From an uncultured Desulfatibacillum sp. (GTDB lineage: Bacteria; Desulfobacterota; Desulfobacteria; Desulfobacterales; SpSt-501), in contig CAZNAX010000004.1 in NCBI GenBank assembly GCA_964570965.1, positions 1-59,801 of the forward strand: 59,801 nucleotides of DNA, given 5' to 3'. Position 1 is the stretch's first letter; the number at the start of each line of letters is the position of its first letter. The notes under the pieces were generated by a model. It did not search any database. It saw only the letters and a program-made list of their open reading frames with translations, and had not been told where the DNA came from. Position numbers and translations under genes: made by a program. Of this stretch, positions 48,019 to 58,262 are shown piece by piece.

Positions 48019-50093
48019 TCTTTTTCCTTGGCCTTGGCCGCCGCCTCAATAATTTTCTGACCGATGTGCGCGGGCACTTCGTCATAGTGCGAGAATTCCA
48101 TCCGGTAGATGCCGCGTCCGCCGGTCATCGAGCGCAGGTCGGGCGCGTAGGTCTGAAATTCAGCCATCGGCACATAGGCGTTGATGATCTGGTTCTTACC
48201 GGCATTTTCCATGCCGAGCACTCGGCCGCGGCGGCTGTTCAGGTCGCCCATGATATCGCCCATGAATTCATCCGGGGCGACTACGGTCACCTTCATGACG
48301 GGTTCGAGCAAAACCGGATCGGCCTGTTCGGCAGCCTTGCGGAACGCCAGCGAGCCGGCGATCTTGAAGGCCATTTCCGAAGAATCCACCGCGTGATAGG
48401 AGCCGTCGTCTACCGTGGCCTTGAAGTCAACGCAGGGGAAGCCGGCCAGAACGCCGCGCTGGGCGGATTCGACGATCCCCTTTTCGACCGCCGGAATGTA
48501 CTGTCGCGGAATCGCCCCGCCCACGATGGCGTCCACATACTCGAATCCCTTGCCGCGGGGCTGAGGTTCGAATTGCACCCAGCAATCGCCGAACTGTCCG
48601 TGGCCGCCGGTTTGCTTCTTGTGGCGACCCTGGACACGGACTTTTTTCTTGATGGTTTCGCGGTACGGCACTTTGGGGATGTTGAGTTGGACTTCTACGT
48701 TGAACTTGCGTTTGAGCCGTTCGACCGTGGTTTCGATATGGATCTGGCCCTGACCGTGCAGAATGATCTCCTTGGTTTCGGCCAGCCGGTCGATCCGCAG
48801 CGAGGGGTCTTCCTCCAGAAGTTTTGACAGCGATATAAAAACCTTGTCTTCATCCCCTTTGGACTTGGGGGCCAACGCGTAGGAAATCAAGGTGGGCAGA
48901 GGAGGGGTGGCGGAGTAAAGAATTTTGTTGGCCTCGTCGCACAGCGTATCCCCCGTGCCGGTCTCTTTCAGCTTGGCGACCGCTACGATCGAACCCGGAC
49001 CTCCGCCGCCGGCCGGCTTCTGCTCCTTGCCGAGGATCACCAGCAGTTGGTTGTAACGTTCGCGCACTTCCTTCTTTGAATTGTAGAAAGTCCCATCCGT
49101 GCCGATGCTTCCGGAAAAGATTCTGAAAACGGTGAGTCGACCGGCGTATGGATCGGTGATGGTTTTGACAACCAGCGCCGAGAACGGAGCATTCGGGTCC
49201 GGCAGGCGCTCGGTTGGGCTAGCGCTAGTCGGATCGGTGCCAGTCCGCGCTCCGCCGTCGATAGGGGAGGGCATGGCGCCGGCGATGAAGTCTAAAAGCA
49301 GGTCGATGCCGATGTTGCCGGTGGCCGACCCGCAGAGGACGGGGGTGAAGGTCCGGGCCAGAATGCCCTTGCGCAGGGCTTGCCTGAGATCTTCCTCGGA
49401 AAGAGTTTCGCCCTCAAGATAGCGTTCGACCAGCGCATCGTCGGCTTCGGCAATGTTTTCAATCAGAGCCTCCCGTTCCGCCTCGACCGTATCTTTCATC
49501 TCCGGCGGGACATCCGTCGTTTTGGCCTTGCCGCCCTCGTCGTAGAGATAGGCCTTCAGGTTGATCAGGTCGACAATTCCCTTGAATTCAGCCTCCGAGC
49601 CGATCGGAAGCTGCAGAATGATCGGCTTGGGCTGGAACATTCCCTTGGCCTCTTCAAAGACCCGGCTAAAATCAGCGCGTTCACGATCCAGTTTGTTGAT
49701 GAAAATCGCCCGCGGCAGTTTGAAGTCCTCAATGAACTCCCATCCCATCTCGGTTTGAACTTTGACGCCGTCCACCGCGTCAATCACGACCACTGCAGCG
49801 TCAGCGGCCTGCAGACAGGTTTTGGTGTCTGAGAAGAAGTTCTGGTCTCCCGGTGTATCAATCAAGGTGACCGAGTGTTTTTTCCAATTCACCTGATGAA
49901 AGCCGGTGCTGATGCTGGAGGTGCGTTTGATCTCTTCGGGTTCGAAATCCAGCGCCGTGTTGCCCTCTTCGATGCGCCCCATGCGGTTGATCACGCCTGC
50001 GTCGAAAAGCATGGCCTCAGCCAGGGAGGTCTTGCCGGCCCCGCCATGGGCCACCAGTGCGATGTTGCGAATGCCTTCGACTTTCTCGCTCAT
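48015..50093 (-). CDS. fusA: Elongation factor G-like paralog (EF-G2 type)
   Basis: AHGGAGKTS, DTPGD, NKLD, EDPSL, GQIHIE, YRETI, KKQTGGHGQFG, GSYHAVDSSEMAF, LRSMTGGRG. Confidence 0.92.
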   Translation of the reverse strand: MSEKVEGIRNIALVAHGGAGKTSLAEAMLFDAGVINRMGRIEEGNTALDFEPEEIKRTSSISTGFHQVNWKKHSVTLIDTPGDQNFFSDTKTCLQAADAAVVVIDAVDGVKVQTEMGWEFIEDFKLPRAIFINKLDRERADFSRVFEEAKGMFQPKPIILQLPIGSEAEFKGIVDLINLKAYLYDEGGKAKTTDVPPEMKDTVEAEREALIENIAEADDALVERYLEGETLSEEDLRQALRKGILARTFTPVLCGSATGNIGIDLLLDFIAGAMPSPIDGGARTGTDPTSASPTERLPDPNAPFSALVVKTITDPYAGRLTVFRIFSGSIGTDGTFYNSKKEVRERYNQLLVILGKEQKPAGGGGPGSIVAVAKLKETGTGDTLCDEANKILYSATPPLPTLISYALAPKSKGDEDKVFISLSKLLEEDPSLRIDRLAETKEIILHGQGQIHIETTVERLKRKFNVEVQLNIPKVPYRETIKKKVRVQGRHKKQTGGHGQFGDCWVQFEPQPRGKGFEYVDAIVGGAIPRQYIPAVEKGIVESAQRGVLAGFPCVDFKATVDDGSYHAVDSSEMAFKIAGSLAFRKAAEQADPVLLEPVMKVTVVAPDEFMGDIMGDLNSRRGRVLGMENAGKNQIINAYVPMAEFQTYAPDLRSMTGGRGIYRMEFSHYDEVPAHIGQKIIEAAAKAKEKD

Positions 50094-50180
50094 TTAACAT
50101 CCTCTCCTCATTGGGTTTTTTACCGAAATCGGATCATAAAGCTTGACTTCTATCCATTTGATCTAAAAAAATCAAGCCCC

Positions 50181-50222
50181 AAAATAATAGGCCGCCCAAC
50201 CGCGGGCGGCCTATTATTTTTT
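50181..50222. terminator. Intrinsic terminator hairpin between tlyA and fusA2
   Basis: Perfect 17-bp inverted repeat AAAATAATAGGCCGCCC/GGGCGGCCTATTATTTT, 6-nt loop, T-run. Confidence 0.8.
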
Positions 50223-50259
50223 GTAATTTTACAGAAATAGACGCAAGCTTGGCACGCGT

Positions 50260-50997
50260 CTATGTGCGCAATAACATGAAAAATTCCTTGTTGCCTTTGG
50301 GACCTGCGAGAGGGGAGGGTGCCGCCTTTGAACATTCAAGGCCGAGGCTGCGGAAAAAATGAGCCAGCTCTTCGATCACCCGGGCGTGCTGTTCCGCGTC
50401 CCTGACAATGCCGCCTTTGCCCACTTGGCCCTTGCCGACCTCAAACTGCGGCTTGATCAAAGGCAAAAGGTGCCCGCCCGGTTTCAAAAACCGGATCACG
50501 GCAGGCACGACGATCTTGAGCGAAATGAACGATGCGTCGATGACGACGAGATCGACGGGATCAGGGATTCTTTCGGTCGGCATATGACGGATGTTGGTCC
50601 GTTCGATGACCACCACGCGCGGGTCCTGCCGGAGGCTCCAAGCCAACTGTCCGTAGCCCACATCGACGGCATAAACCCGGCTCGCCCCGCTTTGCAGGAG
50701 GCAGTCGGTGAAACCGCCGGTGGAGGCGCCGACATCCAGACAAATCCACCCCGACACATCCAGGCCGAAGGCGTTCAGTGCCCCTGCCAGTTTCAATCCA
50801 CCGCGGCTGACATACGTCAGGGGTTCGCCCTTGACTTCGATCCGGCTTTCGGAGCGGGTGGCGGCACCCGGCTTGTCGACGATCCGTCCGTCCACGACCA
50901 CGCTGCCGGACATGATCAGCGCCCGAGCGTGCTCGCGGCTCGGTGTGAGTCCTCTTGCAAGCATGACCAGATCGAGTCTTTGGCGTGAATGCTTCAC
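50260..50997 (-). CDS. tlyA: TlyA-family rRNA 2'-O-methyltransferase
   Basis: S4 domain RLD, YVSRGGLKL, LDVGASTGGFTD, VDVGYGQL, LIKPQFE, GPKGNKEF. Confidence 0.96.
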   Translation of the reverse strand: MKHSRQRLDLVMLARGLTPSREHARALIMSGSVVVDGRIVDKPGAATRSESRIEVKGEPLTYVSRGGLKLAGALNAFGLDVSGWICLDVGASTGGFTDCLLQSGASRVYAVDVGYGQLAWSLRQDPRVVVIERTNIRHMPTERIPDPVDLVVIDASFISLKIVVPAVIRFLKPGGHLLPLIKPQFEVGKGQVGKGGIVRDAEQHARVIEELAHFFRSLGLECSKAAPSPLAGPKGNKEFFMLLRT

Positions 50998-51005
50998 AGG
51001 GTCGG

Positions 51006-52955
51006 TTACGGGCGGACGGCGGCGAGTTGGGTTCGAAAGGAGCGATCGGCGTCGGGCGGAGAATCGTATTGCTGGAGCAAGCGGAGGGCGGCCTTGGAAA
51101 TGGCGGCAGCGTTCAGGCCATACTTGTTGCGCAGCAGCGGTTGAGGGCCGTGTTCCACGAATGCGTCCGGCAGCCCGATGCGCTCCACCGCGACCGAAAT
51201 CAGGCCCGCATCGTTAAACGCTTCGAGCACGGCACTGCCGAAGCCCCCTTGACGCACGTTCTCCTCGATCGTCAAGACCCGGGGAATCCGTCGGGCCAGA
51301 TCGACGGCGAGCGCCGCATCCAACGGTTTCACAAAACGGCAGTCTACCACCGTCGCCTGAACCCCCTGCTCCATCAGCAAGTCGTGAGCTTGGAGGGCCT
51401 CCACCACCGACGCGCCGACCGCCATGAGAACCACATCGCTCCCTTCCATCAGCACCTTGGCCTTGCCGATCGGAATCGGGGTGATGGCGGTGTCAAGAGG
51501 GTTTCCAACCGCCGCCCCTCTGGGGTACCGGAATGCGATCGGGCCGTCGTGCTGAAGCGCCGTGAGCATCATTCGGCGTAACTCGTTTTCGTCGCGGGGG
51601 GCCATGACGACCATGCCGGGCAGGCTGCGCAGATAGGAATAGTCGAAGATTCCGTGGTGGGTGGCGCCGTCCTCGCCGACGAGGCCGCCGCGGTCCAGCG
51701 CGAAGATCACCGGCAAGCGTTCCAGGCAGACATCGTGGAGGATTTGGTCATAGGCGCGCTGCAGGAAGGTGGAATAGATGGCCACGACCGGCCGAAAGCC
51801 TTCCGCCGCCATTCCGGCCGCAAAGGTGACCGCATGCTGCTCGGCGATGCCGACATCGAAAAACCGGTCAGGGTAAAGCCGGGCGAATTCTGAAAGCCCG
51901 GTGCCTTCCGGCATGGCCGCCGTGACCGCGACCAAACGCTCGTCCCGCTGCGCCAGTTCCACCAGCGTCCGGCCGAATACTTCGGTGTAGCTGGGGATGG
52001 GGGGCTTGCGGTCGAGGCAGGTGCCGGTGCCCACATCAAAGCAGCCGCAGCCGTGGAAATAGACGGGGTTTTTCTCTGCGGGTGCGTAGCCCTTGCCCTT
52101 GGTGGTGGTGACGTGCAGCAGGACCGGCTCTCTTATGTATTTGATATTGTTTAAAATATCTATCAAATGGTCGATTTTGTGTCCGTTGATGGGGCCGAAA
52201 TATTCGAAATTGAAAGCCTCGAAAAGCATTCCGGGCGTGACAAACGATTTGAACGATTCCTCGGTTCGCTTGGCGAGCTGGTAGATGTCCTCGCCGATGC
52301 GCGGCAGTTTTTTGAAGAAGAAGCCGAGTTCCCGCCGCAGCTCCTGGAGCTTCTTGGCGGAAAAGGTGCGGCTTAAGAAAGAGGACAACGCACCGACATT
52401 GCGCGAGATGGACATCTCGTTGTCGTTCAGGATCACAATTAGATCGCGCTTGAGGATTCCACCGGCCTGGTTCAACCCCTCGTAGGCCAGCCCGGCCGTG
52501 AGCGAGCCGTCGCCGATCACGGCCACCACCTTGGCGTCTTCTTTTTTTAGAAAGTTGGCGCAGGCCATCCCCAGGCCGGCCGAAATGGAGGTGCCGCTGT
52601 GGCCGGTGGAGAAGCTGTCATAGGGGCTTTCACTGCGGCGGGTGAAGCCCGAAAGCCCGCCGTGCTGCCGCAGGCTGGCAAAGGCGGCGCGGCGGCCGGT
52701 GAGGATCTTGTGGGCATACGCCTGGTGCCCGACATCCCAGATCACCTTGTCCTTGGGTGTTTGGAAGACGTAGTGGACGGCAATGGCGAGTTCGACGGCG
52801 CCCAGGCTCGACGCAAGGTGGCCGCCGGTGTGCGCTACGACTTCGACGATCAGGTTGCGGATTTCGGCGGCGAGCTGCGGCAGCTTCGCCCGCGGGAGGC
52901 TCCTCAGGTCGGCCGGCGAATGAATTTCATCCAGCAGGTTCACGGCTGACGGCAT
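51006..52955 (-). CDS. dxs: 1-deoxy-D-xylulose-5-phosphate synthase
   Basis: [59 protein letters not shown]; start ATG 52955 or GTG 52943. Confidence 0.98.
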   Translation of the reverse strand: MPSAVNLLDEIHSPADLRSLPRAKLPQLAAEIRNLIVEVVAHTGGHLASSLGAVELAIAVHYVFQTPKDKVIWDVGHQAYAHKILTGRRAAFASLRQHGGLSGFTRRSESPYDSFSTGHSGTSISAGLGMACANFLKKEDAKVVAVIGDGSLTAGLAYEGLNQAGGILKRDLIVILNDNEMSISRNVGALSSFLSRTFSAKKLQELRRELGFFFKKLPRIGEDIYQLAKRTEESFKSFVTPGMLFEAFNFEYFGPINGHKIDHLIDILNNIKYIREPVLLHVTTTKGKGYAPAEKNPVYFHGCGCFDVGTGTCLDRKPPIPSYTEVFGRTLVELAQRDERLVAVTAAMPEGTGLSEFARLYPDRFFDVGIAEQHAVTFAAGMAAEGFRPVVAIYSTFLQRAYDQILHDVCLERLPVIFALDRGGLVGEDGATHHGIFDYSYLRSLPGMVVMAPRDENELRRMMLTALQHDGPIAFRYPRGAAVGNPLDTAITPIPIGKAKVLMEGSDVVLMAVGASVVEALQAHDLLMEQGVQATVVDCRFVKPLDAALAVDLARRIPRVLTIEENVRQGGFGSAVLEAFNDAGLISVAVERIGLPDAFVEHGPQPLLRNKYGLNAAAISKAALRLLQQYDSPPDADRSFRTQLAAVRP

Positions 52956-52965
52956 CTCCTGGTTC

Positions 52966-53844
52966 TTACTTTTTTCTCGCGATGACATAGCTGGCGATGG
53001 CTCGCAGCGCTTCGGCTTCGCGGCCGAAGCCGCCAAGGGCTTCGATCGCCGCGCAGACCAGATTCTGAGCGAATTCCTTGGATTTTTCAAGACCCAATAG
53101 GGCGGGATAGGAATTTTTTCGGCGAGTCCGATCGGTGCCGGCCGCCTTGCCCATGACGGCCGGATCGCCTTCCACATTCAGGATGTCGTCCACCACCTGA
53201 AACGCGAGGCCGATCGCCCGTCCGTATTCCCGAATGGCGTCGACCTGGGCCGCGAGCCCGCCGGCGACGATGGCCCCGCAGGCCAGCGCCGCTTCGATCA
53301 TGGCGCCTGTTTTCAGCGTATGCAGCTTCTGAAGTTCTGCGCTGCTCAGCGTTCGGCCTTCAGACTGCATGTCCAGCATTTGGCCCTGAACCATGCCGGA
53401 TGGGCCGGCGGCGGCGGCAAGGATACGGACGGCTTCCAGAGCGCGTTCCGGCCGCCTGGCTTCCGTGGATGCGAGGACTTGAAAGGCCAGCGTGAGCAGC
53501 GCATCACCCGCCAGAATGGCCGTGGCCTCGTCGAAGGCCACATGGCAGGTCGGCTTGCCTCGCCGCAGCCGGTCGTCATCCATGGCTGGCAGATCGTCGT
53601 GGATCAGGGAGTAGGTGTGGATCATCTCCACGGCGCAGGCGACCGGGAGCACGCTTTGCGGATCTCCACCCACCGCTTCGCTGGCGGCCAGACAGAGATT
53701 GGGCCTCAAGCGTTTGCCGCCGGCCATAAGGGAATGCTGCATGGCTCCCAAAAGCCGGGAGCCGGCGGATGCTTCCAGATGCGCCAGCAGGCAGCGATCG
53801 AGCAGCGCGTTGTTTCGGGAAAGATAGGCGGCAAGATCGAACAT
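52966..53844 (-). CDS. ispA: Polyprenyl (farnesyl/geranylgeranyl) diphosphate synthase
   Basis: [38 protein letters not shown]. Confidence 0.96.
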   Translation of the reverse strand: MFDLAAYLSRNNALLDRCLLAHLEASAGSRLLGAMQHSLMAGGKRLRPNLCLAASEAVGGDPQSVLPVACAVEMIHTYSLIHDDLPAMDDDRLRRGKPTCHVAFDEATAILAGDALLTLAFQVLASTEARRPERALEAVRILAAAAGPSGMVQGQMLDMQSEGRTLSSAELQKLHTLKTGAMIEAALACGAIVAGGLAAQVDAIREYGRAIGLAFQVVDDILNVEGDPAVMGKAAGTDRTRRKNSYPALLGLEKSKEFAQNLVCAAIEALGGFGREAEALRAIASYVIARKK

Positions 53845-53845
53845 T

Positions 53846-54091
53846 TCAGTCCGCATCCGTTGCATGGTTTTCGGTCGGAAAAGGCTTCTCGACAGATCGC
53901 CCGGCGCTGTCCTGCATCAATAGGGTGATCCTGCGTTCGGTCTCTTCCAGCTTCCGCGAACAGAACCGTGAAAGCTCCATTCCTTCCTCAAACTTCTTGA
54001 TGGCCTGTTCCAGAGGCAGCTCGCCGGACTCGAGCTCAGTCACGATCTGCTCCAGTTGCTTGATGGATTGTTCAAACGTTTTTTTCGCCAT
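53846..54091 (-). CDS. xseB: Exodeoxyribonuclease VII small subunit
   Basis: TFEQSI..LE.IV..LESG.LPLE.AI..FEEG..L. Confidence 0.96.
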   Translation of the reverse strand: MAKKTFEQSIKQLEQIVTELESGELPLEQAIKKFEEGMELSRFCSRKLEETERRITLLMQDSAGRSVEKPFPTENHATDAD

Positions 54092-55487
54092 GAGTGGATT
54101 TCCCCTTTATGTCGCATAACAAGACCCCGCCGGCCAGCAAGACTTCAACATTCTCGTGAATAGATACCTGCTCGGGGTGCGTGATGACGTGCTTTTCCAG
54201 AAGGGTGCGCGTAATGCTGTATCCCCGATCGAGAATCGCCAGGGGATTCAAAGCCTCCAGTTTGATCGTGCGCTCGCGTAGCATTGATTTTTTATTTGAA
54301 ATTACTATAGACAATAATTTTGATAAGTTATTAATATTTAGTTGAAGTTTAGAATGATACTTTTGAACCTGTAATCGGGGTGAAGCAGCGTCGAAGCGAT
54401 GGGAAAGCCAATTCAACCGATCGCCCGAGTGCTGAATCCGCAGCGCCAGCGATCGTTCGAGGCGCGCCCCCAGATCGTCGAGTCTGAGCCATGCCTCCTG
54501 AATTTTTTTTCTTGGATCTTGGAGTCTTAGGTTTAATTGTTTTAAGCTTTGGTTTAGTTTTTCAAGATGCTTCAAAAAGCTGCGATGCAAGGCCTTGTCG
54601 AGCTCGCTAACCTGGCGAAGCAAGGCATTTTTTTCAGGCGCAACCAACTCCGCGGCTGCGGACGGCGTCGGTGCCCGCAGATCCGCAATGAAATCCGCTA
54701 TGGTCACATCGGTTTCATGACCGACGGCCGAAACGACCGGGATTTCGGAATGAAAGATGGCCATGGCCACGGTTTCCGAATTGAACGCCTGCAGATCCTC
54801 GATCGAACCGCCGCCACGGGCCAGGATGATCACATCCGAGTCTGCGCGCTGGTTGACGAGGGTCAAGGCTGCTATGATTTCAGCTTCGGCCCGCGGACCT
54901 TGGACACTGACCGGAACAATTTCGATGCGGAGGTTGGCAAATCGCCGGTTCAGAACGGTGATGATGTCGTGCACCACAGCCCCGGACGGAGATGTGATGA
55001 CGCTGATCTTCGAGGGCATAAAAGGCAGCGGCTTTTTGTGCCGCGGGTCGAAATAACCTTCGGCAGCCAGTCGTCGCTTGAGTGTTTCAAAAGCAAGCTG
55101 CAGGGCACCCAGGCCGGCCGGCTCCAGGTATTCGAGGATCACCTGGTAATTGCCCCTCGGCTCATACACGCTGAGCCGGCCCAGTCCGATGATGCTCATG
55201 CCGTCGGCAACGGTGAAGCGGGCCTGGCGGTATTGCGCGCGAAAGACGACGGCCGCAATTTGCGCGTTTTCGTCCTTAAGAGTGAAATAGCAATGCCCGG
55301 AAGCAGGCATCCGAAAATTGGAAACTTCACCACAAATCCAGACGAAAGGAAAACTGGCCTCCAGAACCGATTTGATCTTGGCTGTTAGCTCCGAAACGGA
55401 ATAAATGGTCTTGGCGGCCTGATTCTGCGCAGGGGCCGCTGGACCCTCGAGCGCTCCAAAATCAAATGGTTTTTCCGGGGGGGTCAT
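54072..55487 (-). CDS. xseA: Exodeoxyribonuclease VII large subunit
   Basis: GEVSNF, SGHCYFTLKD, RGGGSIEDL.AFN, SAVGHETD.TIAD, APTPSAAAE, L.RGYSI. Confidence 0.97.
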   Translation of the reverse strand: MTPPEKPFDFGALEGPAAPAQNQAAKTIYSVSELTAKIKSVLEASFPFVWICGEVSNFRMPASGHCYFTLKDENAQIAAVVFRAQYRQARFTVADGMSIIGLGRLSVYEPRGNYQVILEYLEPAGLGALQLAFETLKRRLAAEGYFDPRHKKPLPFMPSKISVITSPSGAVVHDIITVLNRRFANLRIEIVPVSVQGPRAEAEIIAALTLVNQRADSDVIILARGGGSIEDLQAFNSETVAMAIFHSEIPVVSAVGHETDVTIADFIADLRAPTPSAAAELVAPEKNALLRQVSELDKALHRSFLKHLEKLNQSLKQLNLRLQDPRKKIQEAWLRLDDLGARLERSLALRIQHSGDRLNWLSHRFDAASPRLQVQKYHSKLQLNINNLSKLLSIVISNKKSMLRERTIKLEALNPLAILDRGYSITRTLLEKHVITHPEQVSIHENVEVLLAGGVLLCDIKGKSTHGEKNV

Positions 55488-55514
55488 GCAGGCAGATGAA
55501 TGGCTATTTTAGTT

Positions 55515-55542
55515 ATGTCTGATAAGTTATATTATGTAAACT
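55515..55542 (+). other. dif: Chromosomal dif site (XerCD recombination site)
   Basis: ATGTCTGATAA-GTTATA-TTATGTAAACT: 11-6-11 layout; right arm equals the B. subtilis XerD arm as recalled; intergenic; KOPS converge. Confidence 0.85.
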
Positions 55543-55577
55543 TTTAAAAACCCTTCGGCCTGATTTGAATCGATTCC

Positions 55578-55847
55578 CTATTCCTCCGCATACCGTGCAA
55601 TCATCTCGCGAACTGCAGGAACCAGGTAAACGTCATCATGGGGAAATTTTGAAAGCGCCGACGCCAGCGCGCCGATCTTCTTGCCTAACGGCTTGTGCTT
55701 GTCGATGATAACCAGATGCTTTCCGTGGACGATGCACGCGCCGCTTTTTACCCGAATACCGCTGTTGCGGAAATTATGCTCTTCAACCACAACACCCAGC
55801 CTTTCGGCGAGATCCTTAAGCTCCTGATAGATCTTTTCAGGCTTCAT
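55578..55847 (-). CDS. Hypothetical protein, possible degenerate ImmA/IrrE-like fold
   Basis: LAERLGV.V, SGAC..GK..IIID, GALASAL in place of HExxH. Confidence 0.65.
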   Translation of the reverse strand: MKPEKIYQELKDLAERLGVVVEEHNFRNSGIRVKSGACIVHGKHLVIIDKHKPLGKKIGALASALSKFPHDDVYLVPAVREMIARYAEE

Positions 55848-56000
55848 GATAATCCTTTCTATAGGAGTTGCAGCGCAAAATCAAGAAAGGCTTGCCATTC
55901 GCCCGGCGCCGAATCTTCTTCGAAACAGCTTGAAATATCCGCTGGATGTGTTATTTTTTTGCTCGAACTATAATCTCAAACCCAAACGCAGGAGGTATGG

Positions 56001-56708
56001 ATGGATTCTTTAACCCTTCAAAAGACCCAAGTTCAGGTAAGGGTTAATTCGTTTGTCCGGAGTGTCTACAACTGGATGGCTGTCGGCTTGGGGATAACCG
56101 GCCTGGTGGCGTATTCGGTTGCCAACATGCCGGAAATCCGCAACGTCATATTCGGCTCGGGGATCGTGTTCTTCGGTCTGATCATTGCGCAGTTGGCTCT
56201 GGTTTTTACACTCAGCGCGCGGATCCACCGCATGCAGGCGGGCACGGCGACCTTCCTGTTCGTCCTGTATTCGGCGTTAAACGGCGCCACGCTCTCCTCG
56301 ATTTTTCTGGTTTATGCCCAGTCCAGCATCGCCAGCACGTTTTTTGTTTGTTCCGCGACCTTTGTCGCTTGCAGCGTTTACGGCTGGACCACGCGCCGGG
56401 ATCTGACTTCCATGGGCGGGTTTATGACCATGGGATTGATCGGGATCGTTATCGCCTCCCTGGTCAACCTGTTCATACAGAGCAGCGCCGTGAGTACGAT
56501 TGTGAGCTATATCGGTGTGCTGGTTTTCGTCGGCCTTACCGCTTACGACACGCAAGCCATAAAGAACATGGCGCTAGCGCAGCCTGCTGATATCGATTCC
56601 GGCGCCGTGCGCAAAGGCGCCATCCTGGGCGCGCTGAAGCTCTACCTCGACTTCATCAATCTGTTTCTCATGCTGCTGAGGATATTCGGAGCCGGCCGCG
56701 ACAAGTAA
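56001..56708 (+). CDS. Bax inhibitor-1/YccA family membrane protein
   Basis: VYNWMAVGL, LYSALNG, RDLTSMG, TAYDTQ, GAL.LYLDFINLFL; SD AGGAGG. Confidence 0.93.
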   Translation: MDSLTLQKTQVQVRVNSFVRSVYNWMAVGLGITGLVAYSVANMPEIRNVIFGSGIVFFGLIIAQLALVFTLSARIHRMQAGTATFLFVLYSALNGATLSSIFLVYAQSSIASTFFVCSATFVACSVYGWTTRRDLTSMGGFMTMGLIGIVIASLVNLFIQSSAVSTIVSYIGVLVFVGLTAYDTQAIKNMALAQPADIDSGAVRKGAILGALKLYLDFINLFLMLLRIFGAGRDK

Positions 56709-56740
56709 TGACAAGCAATTTGAATTAGCCTCTGGAAGCT

Positions 56741-56772
56741 AAAAAGGCCTCGGTTTCCCGAGGCCTTTTTTT
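56741..56772. terminator. Bidirectional intrinsic terminator between yccA and glmM
   Basis: AAAAAGGCCTCGG-TTTC-CCGAGGCCTTTTTTT between convergent genes. Confidence 0.88.
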
Positions 56773-56814
56773 ACCCTGCCCGCCGTGCGAATGGATCGCC
56801 ACACGTCGGCGCCA

Positions 56815-58173
56815 TCAGCCGACTGCCTCTCTGATAGCCTTAGAGATGGCGCGTGCGAAGGCCTCGACATCTGCGCGGTCCGGACCCTCTACCATGACCC
56901 GGCACAAGGCTTCGGTGCCCGAGTAGCGCACGAGCACCCGGCCGCTCTCTCCCAAGCGCGATTCCACATCCCGGATGGCCTTTCGAACTCGAGGAAGGCC
57001 TTCCAAATCGGGCTTTGATTTGACGGCAACATTGACGAGGGTCTGAGGAAAGGGGATCATGACCTTTTTCAAGCGTGACAACGGCATGGCTTGCTGTTGG
57101 ATCGCTTGCACCAGCATGAGACCCGAGAGGATTCCGTCGCCGGTGGTATGGTGGTCTGCAAAGATCAGGTGCCCCGAGTCTTCGCCGCCGAGCGAGGCCC
57201 CGGAAGCCCGCATGCCTTCCATCACATAACGATCGCCGACGCGGGTGCTCAAATGCTGGATGCCCAGATTCTTCAAACAACGGCTCAAGCCCACGTTGCT
57301 CATCACGGTGCTGACCACGGTGTTGTTTTTCAGACGCGCTTGCACATGAAGATGCTGCGCGCAGACGGCCAGGACCCGGTCGCCGCTGAGCACCTCGCCT
57401 TGATCGTCGACGGCGATCAGGCGGTCGCCGTCGCCGTCAAATGCCAGCCCGAGGTCGGCGTGGTCCGCCGCGACCTGCCGGGCGAGCCCATCGGGATGCT
57501 GCGAGCCGCATTGGTGGTTGATGTTGATCCCGTCCGGCTGCACATTGATTGCGTGCACTCGGCACCCTACTTCAGCAAAAATACGCGGGGCGATCTCGTG
57601 GGTGGCGCCGTGAGCGCAGTCCAAAACGATCTTAAGGCCGTGGCCGGCGCCGCCGGCGGACGTTTCTGCGGCGCAACCCTTGAGGAAATCGGCGTACAGG
57701 CCGGCAGCTTCGGGATTATGGCAAACCCGGCCGGTTATCGCTTCGCGCGGTTTCAGGCCGGCTGCCGTTCCGGCCAGAACCAGGCCTTCGATTTCTGCTT
57801 CTTTCTCGTCCGACAGCTTGAAGCCGTCGGAACCGAATACCTTTATCCCATTGTCCTGGTAAGGGTTATGCGAGGCGGATACGACGATTCCCGCGCTCGC
57901 TCCGAGCTTTCTGGTTGCGAGCGCGATGCCGGGCGTCGGCAAAACTCCCACGAGTTGCGCGTCTACCCCGGCCGCGCAGATACCGGAAGCCAGGGCGTGC
58001 GCGAGCATGTCGCCCGACATGCGAGTGTCTTGGCCGATTATGACCCGCGGCCGCTCCCCCATCGTTTTGAACAACCAGCCAACCGCCTGGCCTATCTTAA
58101 CTGAAACTTCAGGAATTACAGGGTAACTATTTGCAATTCCACGGATACCATCTGTACCAAATAGCTTGCCCAT
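56815..58173 (-). CDS. glmM: Phosphoglucosamine mutase
   Basis: FGTDGIRG, DTRMSG, SASHNP, DGDGDR, GGEDSGH, RYSGTE..RVMVE. Confidence 0.97.
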   Translation of the reverse strand: MGKLFGTDGIRGIANSYPVIPEVSVKIGQAVGWLFKTMGERPRVIIGQDTRMSGDMLAHALASGICAAGVDAQLVGVLPTPGIALATRKLGASAGIVVSASHNPYQDNGIKVFGSDGFKLSDEKEAEIEGLVLAGTAAGLKPREAITGRVCHNPEAAGLYADFLKGCAAETSAGGAGHGLKIVLDCAHGATHEIAPRIFAEVGCRVHAINVQPDGININHQCGSQHPDGLARQVAADHADLGLAFDGDGDRLIAVDDQGEVLSGDRVLAVCAQHLHVQARLKNNTVVSTVMSNVGLSRCLKNLGIQHLSTRVGDRYVMEGMRASGASLGGEDSGHLIFADHHTTGDGILSGLMLVQAIQQQAMPLSRLKKVMIPFPQTLVNVAVKSKPDLEGLPRVRKAIRDVESRLGESGRVLVRYSGTEALCRVMVEGPDRADVEAFARAISKAIREAVG

Positions 58174-58262
58174 AGCCCCGTCTATAAGTTGGATGTGCTG
58201 GTTGGTCCCGGAGTCAAAACCGGCCCTGTTTCGAAGCCGCAGGCAAAAAAGCTTCCGGCACC

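Noticed and set aside
50249-50266. sigma54-like TGGCACG
   Set aside because: No TTGC at the required -12 position and no gene downstream on that strand
51006-53177. Long 5' extensions in the ORF track (dxs, guaA, recC, uvrB, pilB, azlC/D, ispF, gene at 18472)
   Set aside because: Extensions overlap neighbouring genes or precede the family N-terminus; starts were moved to motif- or SD-supported codons
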